IMG/VR virus record: IMGVR_UViG_3300045988_170943
Coordinates: 192,001 to 256,000 of that record
DNA length: 64,000 bases
Strand: one strand, 5' to 3'
From: a virus
Positions 1 to 9,040 of this stretch are shown here, one piece after another. Numbering within the stretch: the first letter of the stretch is position 1; each line of letters begins with the position of its first letter. The notes under the pieces are model-generated. The model was not told the origin of the DNA. It searched no databases and was given only the letters and a program-made list of their open reading frames with translations. The position numbers and the translations under genes are program-made.

Positions 1-70
1 ATTCCGCCCATGATTACGGTGGTTTCGTAGAGTCGAGGGCGCACCCGGTGGCGTCAGGAAGAGGACACTG

Positions 71-1582
71 ATGGCGTTCGAGAACCCATTCCTGGATGAC
101 GACAGCCTGGACGAGGAGGACCTAGACCAGGAGTTGGGGCTCTCCTCTCCGCCCGCCAGTGACCTTGATGGCGGGTTTGGTGGTCTACCTGACCTGGGCG
201 ACCTGTCCAGCCTGACCACGCACCCACACCATGACGCTCACCCCGAGTACAGTAGCGGCGACTACGGTGAGAGGGCTGACGGTGGGGGATACATCAGTGA
301 GGATGCTACCAGTGATCCCGGGTACGCAGACGAGTACGAGGGTGGCGTTTACGACACTGACGGGTTTGATGGTGACGACAGTGTTGCTGGTGGTGATGGT
401 GAGGGTTGGGACCGCGGATACCAGAACCATGAGGCAACAGGTGTTGACGGCTACGATGTTGATGAAGAGGATGCTCTAGATGGGATAGACCTGGACACCC
501 TCATCGACCAGAAGAAGTCAGAGATCGAGCAGAAGGACTCCTCAGGATCAGCCGGTTGGGGAGGCCTCGATGGTGACGGTGACTGGGGGTTCGACGAGGA
601 GATGCCAGAGGACGACGAGCCCTACCATGACCCCCGCCTGGATGAGGACGACGATGAGGATGAGGACTGGGGGGAGAACCTGGATGGCGAGTCAGGTGGT
701 GACGACACGGGTGAGGAGTATGTTCCTCCTGCTGGAGACCTGTTCGGTGAGGCCACAACAGGCACCCGCAGCAACCAAGGGGACAGCAGCGATGACGACA
801 ACAGCAATCCCAAGGCAGGTGGTGGAGACGACGGCAGCAAGACGGATGGCCTGAAAGGCATCATTGAGAGCATCAAAGCGAAGGTGACTGAGGTCGTCTC
901 CAGTGTGCGATCCGAGTTGACTGGCAGTCCCACAGACGGCAAGAAAAACGGTGAACCCAAACCCGGCACCGAGGCCAGTACAGGAGGCGGCAGTGATGGT
1001 GAAGGCCAGGGCGGCGGCGACGCAACCGAGGTCCCGCCCAGCAAGTCCCCCATGGGTGCTGCCCTGTCGAAGGTGACCGGCCTGTACGGGAAGTTCACTG
1101 GTGTCTTTGAGCGCATGATCGCAACCCTTCTCGGTTGGGTGGGGAAGATACCGGGAATGGAGAAGCATGTGCTGCGTATCGTCATGACCACCCGCATCGT
1201 GCAGGTCACCGCCAGGCTGATCCCTGTGTTGATCATTCTTGGGGTGCTTGCCACGTTCTCCTACCTGTCGGTCGCCCGAGAGACCACCTCGGAACTGCCG
1301 GACAGTGGCTCTGTCACCATGTCCCAGTTCTCCTACAGCAATGGTGGTACCGCCCTTGGGGTCGTGAAGAACACCAGTGAGACCACAGTTGAGCCGGTCA
1401 TTAACTTCACCGTGTACTCGATTCAACCCTCCCTGAACCCGAAGACGTGGTTCATGTACCAGAAGGACCTGACCTGCCAGTCGGACCCTGTAACCCTGGA
1501 TATTGGGGAGCAGAAGGAGGCTAGTGCCCCATGCGGACAGGCCAGAGGATGGTTCCCGAGAGTCAGCAGCGCAGCAGAATGA
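71..1582 (+). CDS. Membrane protein of unknown function. The N-terminal ~380 aa are extremely acidic and low-complexity (D/E/G-rich). A hydrophobic segment (LIPVLIILGVLATF) follows, then a C-terminal tail.
   Basis: Long ORF with RBS-like aggaagagga directly upstream. Strong compositional bias. Its stop overlaps the next start as ATGA at 1579-1582. Confidence 0.55.
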   Translation: MAFENPFLDDDSLDEEDLDQELGLSSPPASDLDGGFGGLPDLGDLSSLTTHPHHDAHPEYSSGDYGERADGGGYISEDATSDPGYADEYEGGVYDTDGFDGDDSVAGGDGEGWDRGYQNHEATGVDGYDVDEEDALDGIDLDTLIDQKKSEIEQKDSSGSAGWGGLDGDGDWGFDEEMPEDDEPYHDPRLDEDDDEDEDWGENLDGESGGDDTGEEYVPPAGDLFGEATTGTRSNQGDSSDDDNSNPKAGGGDDGSKTDGLKGIIESIKAKVTEVVSSVRSELTGSPTDGKKNGEPKPGTEASTGGGSDGEGQGGGDATEVPPSKSPMGAALSKVTGLYGKFTGVFERMIATLLGWVGKIPGMEKHVLRIVMTTRIVQVTARLIPVLIILGVLATFSYLSVARETTSELPDSGSVTMSQFSYSNGGTALGVVKNTSETTVEPVINFTVYSIQPSLNPKTWFMYQKDLTCQSDPVTLDIGEQKEASAPCGQARGWFPRVSSAAE

Positions 1583-2388
1583 TGAAAAGAAGCAACATCA
1601 GGGTCACTCCATTACCATACAACCTGAGGGATAACAAGGGTGCTAACATGGTGCATGACGCCCTCGTGAAAGGCCAGCGCGTGTTCGGTACCCCTGGTGG
1701 TTTTATGAGCCATCAGGTGCACGACCCCAAGTACACTAGTGCTGAAGGGGCAGACACGAGTGCAGCGAGCGAGATGATGGACGCCGAGAAAGAGACCTAT
1801 GAGGTCATCGAGGAGTGGCTGAAGGATAAGCCTAACGGCGTCCACTTCTCCTCTGTGCGCCCCATGGATGAGCCTGTACCAGCACTAGACCCTGAGACCG
1901 GTCTCATCATGGGTCACGACTTCGATCACATCATCCTGTTCGGTAACGAGATGATCATTATTGACACATTCAGGTGGCCGAAGAACAAGACTTACACGGT
2001 AGACAGCGATCACAAGTCTATCCTCATGACTAAGCGTCACTTCCCCGGCAACCAGCCTATGACAGGTGAGTACATCGGTCGAATGACCAACCGTGAAGGG
2101 GGACTCCTGCCGGACGACGAGGACCTGAACTTCGTTGGCCTGGTCCTCGTGAACAACGACAAGGCGAAGTCCGTGTGGGACAAGAACTGGTATGAGTCCT
2201 ACAACTTCAGGCTCGTGGAGATCGACCGGTTCACCGAGTTGCTAGACAAGAAGTACGCCACACTAGGACCGGGAGACCTGGACGTCATCAACTCCAACAT
2301 CGTCTACCACATAGTGCAAAGGTGTGTACAGCCGTACAATGAGTTCCGGCGCGTAATCGGGGAGAAGCACCTCAGGGAGTTCATGTGA
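1579..2388 (+). CDS. NERD-domain (nuclease-related domain) protein, paralog 1.
   Basis: Motif HDFDHIILFGNEMIIIDTFRWPKNKTYTV fits the NERD core (D-h-l-l-i-g, v-i-E/D-x-K-x-W). ATGA overlap with upstream stop suggests coupling. Start placed at the ATG at 1579 rather than the track start at 1531. Confidence 0.55.
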   Translation: MMKRSNIRVTPLPYNLRDNKGANMVHDALVKGQRVFGTPGGFMSHQVHDPKYTSAEGADTSAASEMMDAEKETYEVIEEWLKDKPNGVHFSSVRPMDEPVPALDPETGLIMGHDFDHIILFGNEMIIIDTFRWPKNKTYTVDSDHKSILMTKRHFPGNQPMTGEYIGRMTNREGGLLPDDEDLNFVGLVLVNNDKAKSVWDKNWYESYNFRLVEIDRFTELLDKKYATLGPGDLDVINSNIVYHIVQRCVQPYNEFRRVIGEKHLREFM

Positions 2389-2404
2389 TCACCACCACAC
2401 AACC

Positions 2405-3184
2405 ATGACAACAGACGTTGAGATCACAGCCCCGAGCAGCAAAGTCACCGGGACCCGGCTACTCAGACACCAGGCCGTCCACCAGGCGCTCCAAGGCGGG
2501 CGCAGACACTTCGGGGTGGCGGGCGCGTCCCTCACCCACCAGATCGACAACCCAGCCATAACCTCCGACTTCAAACCTGGTGCGATCAAGGCTGGCATCT
2601 TGGGTGAGCAAAAGACCTCCAAGGTGATCCGACAGTGGATGATCAGGTACCCGGCGGCAGTACTCATCGACTCTGTACACATCAAAGACGCACCACAGAA
2701 CACGCCCGCCAGCACTGGATCCAGTGATGGGTATGATGACAAGCCAGACACCGACCATGTTCTCATCATTGGGAGCCACGTCATTCTCATCGACTCCAAG
2801 GCGTGGAAAAGTAAACGCAAGTACACGGTCAACGACAAGGGCGTTGTGCTGCGTGGCGGGAGAACCTTCCCTGGCGGAAACGTCCACGCCCGGCAAGCGG
2901 CCCACCTGTGGTCGCGTCACCTAGGTGGAAGCGTCAAGGTGAACAGCATCGTGTGTGTCAGCAGTGATAAGGTGTTCGTCCAGTTTAAGAAAGAGTGGCC
3001 CAAGCAAGGTTTCCAACTCGTGGCTTTGGACAACCTCACGCGCACTCTCGACTACAGGGTGGGCCGCATGAGCCCCAAGGACACTGGTCGGATCAGGACC
3101 CCGCTGGTGGCTGAGGTGGCGGCACTATGCATCAAGCCCTACATGAGATTTCAGGAGTTCTTCGGCCAGGATATACGCCTGTAG
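2405..3184 (+). CDS. NERD-domain protein, paralog 2.
   Basis: DHVLIIGSHVILIDSKAWKSKRKYTVNDKGVV...AAHLW parallels the motif block of the upstream ORF. It is a tandem paralog. Confidence 0.55.
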   Translation: MTTDVEITAPSSKVTGTRLLRHQAVHQALQGGRRHFGVAGASLTHQIDNPAITSDFKPGAIKAGILGEQKTSKVIRQWMIRYPAAVLIDSVHIKDAPQNTPASTGSSDGYDDKPDTDHVLIIGSHVILIDSKAWKSKRKYTVNDKGVVLRGGRTFPGGNVHARQAAHLWSRHLGGSVKVNSIVCVSSDKVFVQFKKEWPKQGFQLVALDNLTRTLDYRVGRMSPKDTGRIRTPLVAEVAALCIKPYMRFQEFFGQDIRL

Positions 3185-3233
3185 GCAGACCCCCGCACCA
3201 GAGGGCGCTTCATGGCCTCTCCAGGGTGTGAAA

Positions 3234-3320
3234 ACGTGACCGGGTACACCATCATCCATGCGGCAGCCAGATGAGCAGTTAAAAGGCTGCCGGATGGTTT
3301 CAGAGTGTACCCGGTCACGT
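3234..3320. terminator. Nested inverted repeat between convergent genes. Outer 16-bp stem is acgtgaccgggtacac / gtgtacccggtcacgt. Inner 8-bp stem is cggcagcc / ggctgccg.
   Basis: Perfect reverse complements read directly from the sequence. Located between the stop of the NERD gene at 3184 and the stop of the TelA-like gene at 3395. Confidence 0.5.
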
Positions 3321-3394
3321 CCCCTTGCCTAGCCCCTCAACCCGCGATAGAGTCGAGGTGACACTCAGGAAGGGAGGACTGTTGGGTCAGGACT

Positions 3395-4870
3395 TCACAG
3401 TGAGTTGATGAAGTCGTCGCCGGTCTCCATGGGAGAGGATCCGCCTCCTGATGTGGGGGCCTGGCCACTGATGATCATTGAGGCGGTCTGCACCTGACGC
3501 TTGTGGTAGGCTTCCTTGGCTGCCTCAATGTCCGCCTCGGCCTTTCTGATCCTAGCGAAGGACTCGGCGCGTTTCTGGATGCCAGCCTCCTGCTGCTTGC
3601 CCAGGGTGTCGTATACCTTCTGGAGGCTGGCGGAGATGTTGTCAATCGTACTCAGGTCGATCAGGGTTGCGCTGTTGATTTCGGCGGCCGACTCGGCCAT
3701 GGAGGCGGTCTGCTGGAAGGCGTTGGAAATCAGTTTGTTGATGTCCTGAATAATAGCCTGATTGGTTTTCGCGGAACGCTCATTATCAAGAGCCAACTGC
3801 CAGTTCACCAACTGGTGGCGGGCGGCCGGGATGGCATGCTTACGGATCATCTGACACGTTTCCAGCGTCTTCAGGCTTGTGTTGATGATCGTGGTGGAAG
3901 ACTCGATGTTCATTCGAGACAGGAAGAACTGCTGCCTCCAAGACAGCCAAGTGCGTTGAATCTCACCCAGGGCCTCAGCGTACTTCTGGTAGTAGACGCG
4001 GAACTCTTGAACCGTGTAGTACTTCCCGTCAAAGATGACTGGGGCTCCGTCGCCGTTCACCTCAGCCGCGTCCTTGATTGCACGGATCCTTTCGGCCCGC
4101 TCACTGGCGATGTTGACGACCTCCTCCAAGGCGGCGAGAACCTTCACCATATCACGCATGGTTTCTACAGTGGTCTCACGCATCAACTTGCCTCGGACAG
4201 CATTCTCGTGGAGGCGAGTCTCAGTGTCCTTCAACTTGCTGACGGCCTCCTCCATCTTCTCTGAGATGTTCATGGCGTCAATTTGCATGTCACGGCGGCG
4301 GGCCTCGAAGCGTTCCTTGCTGTCGCGGGCCTTGTTCTTCATAGCCTGGAGGAACTGGGCTATCTTACCGGGATCGTTGTACTTGTGCTGGAAGCCGTCT
4401 AGTTCGCGGATGATGTTCTTCATGATGGACTCGGCTTCGGGCACGGAGATGTCCTTCTGCTCCTCCAGTAGCCGCTTGGAGAGGGTGTCTAGTTTCTCCA
4501 TGACCTGGCGGCCGAACTCGATCCGGTAGGCGTCATCATTGATCATCATGTCGGCGATGCTGGGGGCTTTTGCCTTGATCTTCTGCTGTTGGTCCACGGG
4601 CAGGGAACCGAGGAAATTGTCTGCTGCATGTAGTTTGTTGCTGGAGGAGTTCGCGCCTTCTGGGTTCAGGGAGCCGACGACAGGTTGTGGCTTATCTGCC
4701 TTCTGTTCCTGCTGAGCCTTCATGGCCTCAACCTCAGGGTCCTTCACCTCAACGATTGTCGGTGCAGCCTCAGGCTCGTCGTCCTGGGGGATAACAATGT
4801 CATCGAAGTCCAGTGCCGCTAGTGCCGGGTCACTAGAGATGTCTGTGTTAAAGTCCGTGCTTGTGCTCAT
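3395..4870 (-). CDS. telA: TelA-family (toxic anion resistance / KlaA-like) coiled-coil protein.
   Basis: Segment HAIPAARHQLVNWQLALDNERSAKTNQAI closely matches the conserved TelA block (TIPLWKNQMIIALSLERQRNALKAQKA in Firmicute TelA). Overall helical, coiled-coil composition. Confidence 0.65.
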   Translation of the reverse strand: MSTSTDFNTDISSDPALAALDFDDIVIPQDDEPEAAPTIVEVKDPEVEAMKAQQEQKADKPQPVVGSLNPEGANSSSNKLHAADNFLGSLPVDQQQKIKAKAPSIADMMINDDAYRIEFGRQVMEKLDTLSKRLLEEQKDISVPEAESIMKNIIRELDGFQHKYNDPGKIAQFLQAMKNKARDSKERFEARRRDMQIDAMNISEKMEEAVSKLKDTETRLHENAVRGKLMRETTVETMRDMVKVLAALEEVVNIASERAERIRAIKDAAEVNGDGAPVIFDGKYYTVQEFRVYYQKYAEALGEIQRTWLSWRQQFFLSRMNIESSTTIINTSLKTLETCQMIRKHAIPAARHQLVNWQLALDNERSAKTNQAIIQDINKLISNAFQQTASMAESAAEINSATLIDLSTIDNISASLQKVYDTLGKQQEAGIQKRAESFARIRKAEADIEAAKEAYHKRQVQTASMIISGQAPTSGGGSSPMETGDDFINSL

Positions 4871-4981
4871 AGTTCTTTTCCTTTGTGCTGCTCGTCTAGA
4901 GTATGGGTTGACTTATTTTAATCTAAGGGCGTGCTGATTGTGGACCTGTGCCCCTTCGAGAGGAGGCTCTGAGGATTGGGT

Positions 4982-5707
4982 TTACATGGTAGCGGCCTGA
5001 GTGCGAGCCTCCGTCTCGATCTCAGTGGGCCATGGGGTCAGTTCCTCTACGTCCGTGGCGGGGCCGAGACTGAGGATGTCGCTGTCGTCGATTTGCTCGA
5101 TCTTGCTGTCCTCGGTGTCGCGGACGAGTGTGTCGAGGACCCTCATGTTGAAGTTGATCTCTGTGGACTCTGAGTTCTTGAAGGAGATCGTGTCCCTCTT
5201 GACTCTGGCGATCATATTGTCGATAGTCTGCTGCATACGGGCGACGTCTTTCTCTGGTTCCTTGTACTTCTTCTTAGTGTCGAAGTCGAGGATCCTTGCC
5301 ACGTACTGCCCCTTGTCCAGGTGAGGGTTCAGCATCTTCAGGGCGTTCGTGTAGAACCGGTAGATGACTGCCCTGTCCCCACTGTCCAGGGATGTCTTGG
5401 CCTGTTCGTTCATGAGGCTCAGGGCCTCACCAAGTTCGTTGATCTGCTGGGCAGCCTTCCTGATGTCCTGATTTCCCTGGTACTGCTCATTCTTCGCCAT
5501 GTCCCGGTAGATGATCTTCAGATCGTAGACAGCATTGTAGAAATCTGTCCGAGCCTCTTCCACCCACTCCTTCATCTTGTCCGGCTCCGCATCAGTATCC
5601 TCGGTTAAAACCTCGTCATCGTCCTTACCTTCGGAGAAGGCTGCCACGATCAAACCCACGAAGAAAAGGACAGCAGTGGTTACAGCCGCACCTGTGAGTA
5701 CGCTCAT
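4982..5707 (-). CDS. Membrane-anchored protein with one N-terminal TM and a cytoplasmic helical domain. It may be an XpaC-like partner of TelA.
   Basis: Start moved to internal ATG at 5705-5707, which has RBS AAGGGG and precedes the TM MSVLTGAAVTTAVLFFVGLIV. Gene order next to telA. Confidence 0.4.
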   Translation of the reverse strand: MSVLTGAAVTTAVLFFVGLIVAAFSEGKDDDEVLTEDTDAEPDKMKEWVEEARTDFYNAVYDLKIIYRDMAKNEQYQGNQDIRKAAQQINELGEALSLMNEQAKTSLDSGDRAVIYRFYTNALKMLNPHLDKGQYVARILDFDTKKKYKEPEKDVARMQQTIDNMIARVKRDTISFKNSESTEINFNMRVLDTLVRDTEDSKIEQIDDSDILSLGPATDVEELTPWPTEIETEARTQAATM

Positions 5708-5842
5708 TTCTTCACCCCTTCCAAGATTCTCTTCCCATGTCTCAGCGCCTCTACCCAGTTCATGTGACCTGGGGGACACTATCTTTCTGCGCGTAATTGT
5801 AGCATCCGCCACATCGTAATGTCAAGCACCACACCCTCCCTT

Positions 5843-7609
5843 TTACAGGGTTGCCGTGTCCTTCAAGATCTTCTCCATGGTGTCGCCACTGAGGTCACCA
5901 ATCTGGTCCAGCAACTCCACCGACTCGTCATCTGATGAGTTATTGCTCAGCATCTCCATGTCTACGTTAAGGTTGAAGGTACCAGACTCGTTGATGTTCA
6001 CGATACGCTGGTTCAACGTCCTGACGACTTTCTCCAGGACGTCAGCAACGGCACGAGCCTTCTTGTCTGGACTCTCCCAGTTCTCCGGTTTCCTGACGAA
6101 ACTCTGGAGTGCCCTCTTGCCCACAATGTTCAGCACCCTGGTGAGTTGGTCCTCTATCTCCGTGTTAATGGCGGGGAGTTCCTGCTCCTGACCCTGTTCT
6201 TGCACTGTGGCGTAGAGGCGGTTGATGGCTTTGATGAGTTGCCCCAGGGTGTCCCGGATACTCTCGGTCGCCTCCTGGATCGCGGCCAGTTTCTCCTTCT
6301 CATCCACGTTCTTCCTCGGCACCTTCGACAGCCTGGACTTCAGGATAGTGTTGGCTGCGTCAATGTCAGGTATGGTCTTCTTCAGGGCCGTCAGGAGGGT
6401 GTCAACCTTCTTGCTCTTACCGCCCAGGCGCTCCCGTTCGGCCTCCTCCGCCTTGGCTTTCTCCTCAGCGATGAGACGTTCTTTCTCGGCCTCCTCCTCA
6501 GCCGCCTTCCTAGCATCCTCGCGTTTACTCATCCAGTCAGAGAACGACTTAATCCCGGCCCCTAACGTGGCGACAATGACAACGACACCAACGAGAGAGA
6601 GCCCAAGTTCAATGGCCCCATTGAGAAATTCTTTCGCCTCCTCGTCTGCCTTCTGCTTTGCGGCTGCCGCCTGTGCATGAACCTGGGATACTGCACCAGT
6701 GATACTGCTGGCGTGACCCATGAGCCATTCACCAGACTTACCGGCCTCAACCTGAGTGTTGTCCGGGATGATGGAGCCGAGTTTCGCGGCCATCTCCTTG
6801 TTACTTGATGCGACAGCGATGGTTTCTTTGCCGTTGCCCCTGCCTTGAAGGACGACGATGGAGGCCCCGTGGCTACTGTTGCTGGCGATACGCTCAGCGA
6901 TGGACGCTGCCGTGTCGTCTGGGGCTGCGCTCTGGGGGACAACGGTCACCTTCACGTCGGAGTTTCCAAGAGCGTCAGCAACCTCTTGACCCTGATCCAG
7001 TGTGGTGCCGTCCATCTTGTACACAGTGTACTTGTCCTGTGCGTTGACAGCCTTGTCGATGTTGCTAGACACAGTGTTGTTGTACTGGTTGAGCACGCCA
7101 ACACTTTTCCCAGAAACGTCCCCGCCGAGGCTCTTGTAGCGGGCGAGGATCCTGCCGGACGAGTTGTAAAGGGTGTCTCCGGCGTCCTTGACCTCGGTGC
7201 CAGTGATGGTGGTGACAGCGTTGGCAAAGCCTTCCAGGTTGGATGAGGCGACAATCTTGTCTGTGCCGTTGTTCTGCTTGACGACCATGATAACCGTGTC
7301 ACGACTGGGGTTAGCGTTAAGGATCGCCTTAGTCGCGGTCTGCGGGTCTGCGCCACCCAGGTCGTTCTCCTTGACGACAGTCATGAAGATGTCTGTGCCT
7401 GAGAAGTTCGCACCAATGTCGTTACCGAAGGACAGTTTTGCGTCATTCTGCCGGTAGACGACGTATCTGCTCGCGTTGTCGTTGGCGTCCTTAATGATCT
7501 GGTTGACGTCTGCTGAGGCTACTGGGGATAGTGCGGTCACCCCTAGACCAACGGCAGCGGTCGCGGCACCTGCTCTTATGCCGGTCATCTGCACCTCTCT
7601 CCTGTTCAC
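5843..7609 (-). CDS. Bitopic membrane protein. It has a signal peptide, two repeated extracytoplasmic subdomains, a central TM (LVGVVVIVATLGAGI) and a cytoplasmic K/E-rich coiled-coil tail.
   Basis: Signal peptide AAVGLGVTALSPVASA. The internal repeat is Y-V/T-VY + IMVV/IVVL + IVASS/IAVASS. Same strand and tight spacing with the two downstream genes. Confidence 0.5.
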   Translation of the reverse strand: MNRREVQMTGIRAGAATAAVGLGVTALSPVASADVNQIIKDANDNASRYVVYRQNDAKLSFGNDIGANFSGTDIFMTVVKENDLGGADPQTATKAILNANPSRDTVIMVVKQNNGTDKIVASSNLEGFANAVTTITGTEVKDAGDTLYNSSGRILARYKSLGGDVSGKSVGVLNQYNNTVSSNIDKAVNAQDKYTVYKMDGTTLDQGQEVADALGNSDVKVTVVPQSAAPDDTAASIAERIASNSSHGASIVVLQGRGNGKETIAVASSNKEMAAKLGSIIPDNTQVEAGKSGEWLMGHASSITGAVSQVHAQAAAAKQKADEEAKEFLNGAIELGLSLVGVVVIVATLGAGIKSFSDWMSKREDARKAAEEEAEKERLIAEEKAKAEEAERERLGGKSKKVDTLLTALKKTIPDIDAANTILKSRLSKVPRKNVDEKEKLAAIQEATESIRDTLGQLIKAINRLYATVQEQGQEQELPAINTEIEDQLTRVLNIVGKRALQSFVRKPENWESPDKKARAVADVLEKVVRTLNQRIVNINESGTFNLNVDMEMLSNNSSDDESVELLDQIGDLSGDTMEKILKDTATL

Positions 7610-7827
7610 TCACCAATTACAGGGTGAGCGTATACTGTGCCCGAACCCCTTGACTCCTGGCTGGCCCCATGGGTTGCGGATCTGCTAGATAGTGCAGAGT
7701 GTAGCACAGGCCACACGGGTGCGCAAGCCCCTACAGCAACGATCCCCACAAGGGGCCGGTCACCCTGTGAAAGTTACGTTACACTCGTTGATATTCGCCA
7801 CATAAGTGAGTTTCAGCGCTTTCATAG

Positions 7828-8436
7828 ATGGAGATAGCAGTGCCTTTCATCCCTTACAACCAGGATGCCGCAAACAAGTTGCGTCAGGAGATGAGCAACC
7901 ACCCATTCTTCAAGGACCCGGAGACGTTCGTCGCAATCTTCAACCAGGGCTTCCTGAACAAGCGCGACGATGAGATTATGCGGCTCCTCGGTGAGATCGA
8001 GTCGGCCTTCAAGGACGTCAAGGTCGATAACCGCCTTGGTGTTATCACCATGCTCTCCGATAGTGAGGTATTCCTTGAAGATGCCGTGCTCAGGGTCGAG
8101 GCGTGGGCGTCCGTACTAAGAACTATCCGTAAGGTCCAGGACCACATTAATGCTGGTAAGTTGGGGAAGGACGCGACCCTGCACTTTTTCAAGGACAAGT
8201 CTCGCGTCACAGTCTCAGAGGTACTGCGGGACGAGGAAGGCCACACCGTCGATGGCGAGGCCCTGATGACACTGAGCAACAGCGACCTGGAGGCCGTCAG
8301 CGCGGTTGAGGGCGCACACGCCACCGAGAATGGAGTGGTTGTGCCTGTTGGCGTGCTTCTGCGTGTCGGCGATCAGTTCCTCCGCCAGGTGGCCGGATCT
8401 ATCCCTCCGATCCGTGGACAACGCGAGGGTCAGTGA
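7828..8436 (+). CDS. Hypothetical protein. The GTG at 7840 with RBS GGAGA is an alternative start.
   Basis: ORF followed by a strong hairpin terminator. No recognisable motifs. Confidence 0.4.
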   Translation: MEIAVPFIPYNQDAANKLRQEMSNHPFFKDPETFVAIFNQGFLNKRDDEIMRLLGEIESAFKDVKVDNRLGVITMLSDSEVFLEDAVLRVEAWASVLRTIRKVQDHINAGKLGKDATLHFFKDKSRVTVSEVLRDEEGHTVDGEALMTLSNSDLEAVSAVEGAHATENGVVVPVGVLLRVGDQFLRQVAGSIPPIRGQREGQ

Positions 8437-8465
8437 CCCCGAGCGCCCTTGACGCCCTCATAGGA

Positions 8466-8511
8466 CGAAGGCGGGTAAGAGAGTACGATTTGCCTCTCTT
8501 ACCCGCCTTCG
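8466..8511. terminator. Bidirectional hairpin terminator with a perfect 18-bp stem, cgaaggcgggtaagagag / ctctcttacccgccttcg, and a 10-nt loop.
   Basis: Read directly. Lies between convergent ORFs 7828-8436 (+) and 8598-8885 (-). Confidence 0.7.
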
Positions 8512-8597
8512 CTGTATCCTATATCTGCCTATGCGACTTGCCGCTCAGGCAGTGGCGCTAGGAGGGGTTACGTTTAGTCCCTGCCTGCCCCATATGC

Positions 8598-8885
8598 TCA
8601 CCATGGGTAGATGATCTCTTCCAGATCACAACGGGCAAGGCGAGTTTCTGACAGCATAGCGTCCTCATGGTCCAGGAACATGCTGGGCTCATCGAGGCAG
8701 GGGTAGTCAACCACCCTGATGGTGAACGACCGGGTAGACATGGCGTCGTCCTCTGCCCAGCCGTTCTCATTCTTCACCTCCATGTGCAGGGTGAGAGTGA
8801 TGCTGGCTGTCCCACGCATGGGATTATTGCGGGTGGCCACCCAGTGGAGGCGGCGAGGCTGACGGGATGGTGGAGGGGTTGTCAT
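8598..8885 (-). CDS. Small hypothetical protein of 95 aa.
   Basis: ORF ends just before the shared hairpin terminator. No motifs. Confidence 0.3.
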   Translation of the reverse strand: MTTPPPSRQPRRLHWVATRNNPMRGTASITLTLHMEVKNENGWAEDDAMSTRSFTIRVVDYPCLDEPSMFLDHEDAMLSETRLARCDLEEIIYPW

Positions 8886-9040
8886 AAGGCTGGCTTTCTG
8901 GCTCGGCTTGTGGCTGCTACAGACCCAACTGTCGTCCGCAGTCGCTAGAATCTATTGCGCTTCCTTGACCTGTAGTAATACAACTGATGTGCTACAATAC
9001 ACTATATAGATGCTACTAGTCAACCCAGGGAGGTGAGTCT

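Noticed and set aside
185-1426. Several long antisense or alternate-frame ORFs (185-430, 622-1254, 692-1426 on the minus strand, and others) lie inside the acidic-protein gene. Similar ones are scattered through most large genes.
   Set aside because: They are typical of GC-rich DNA. They show low-complexity Pro/Arg/Ser-rich translations with no RBS, and they overlap a well-supported long CDS on the other strand.
4982-7609. LemA or TPM-domain assignment for the two membrane proteins upstream of telA.
   Set aside because: The LemA signature (RRADLIPNLV) and a recognisable TPM pattern are absent. They are left as uncharacterised membrane proteins.
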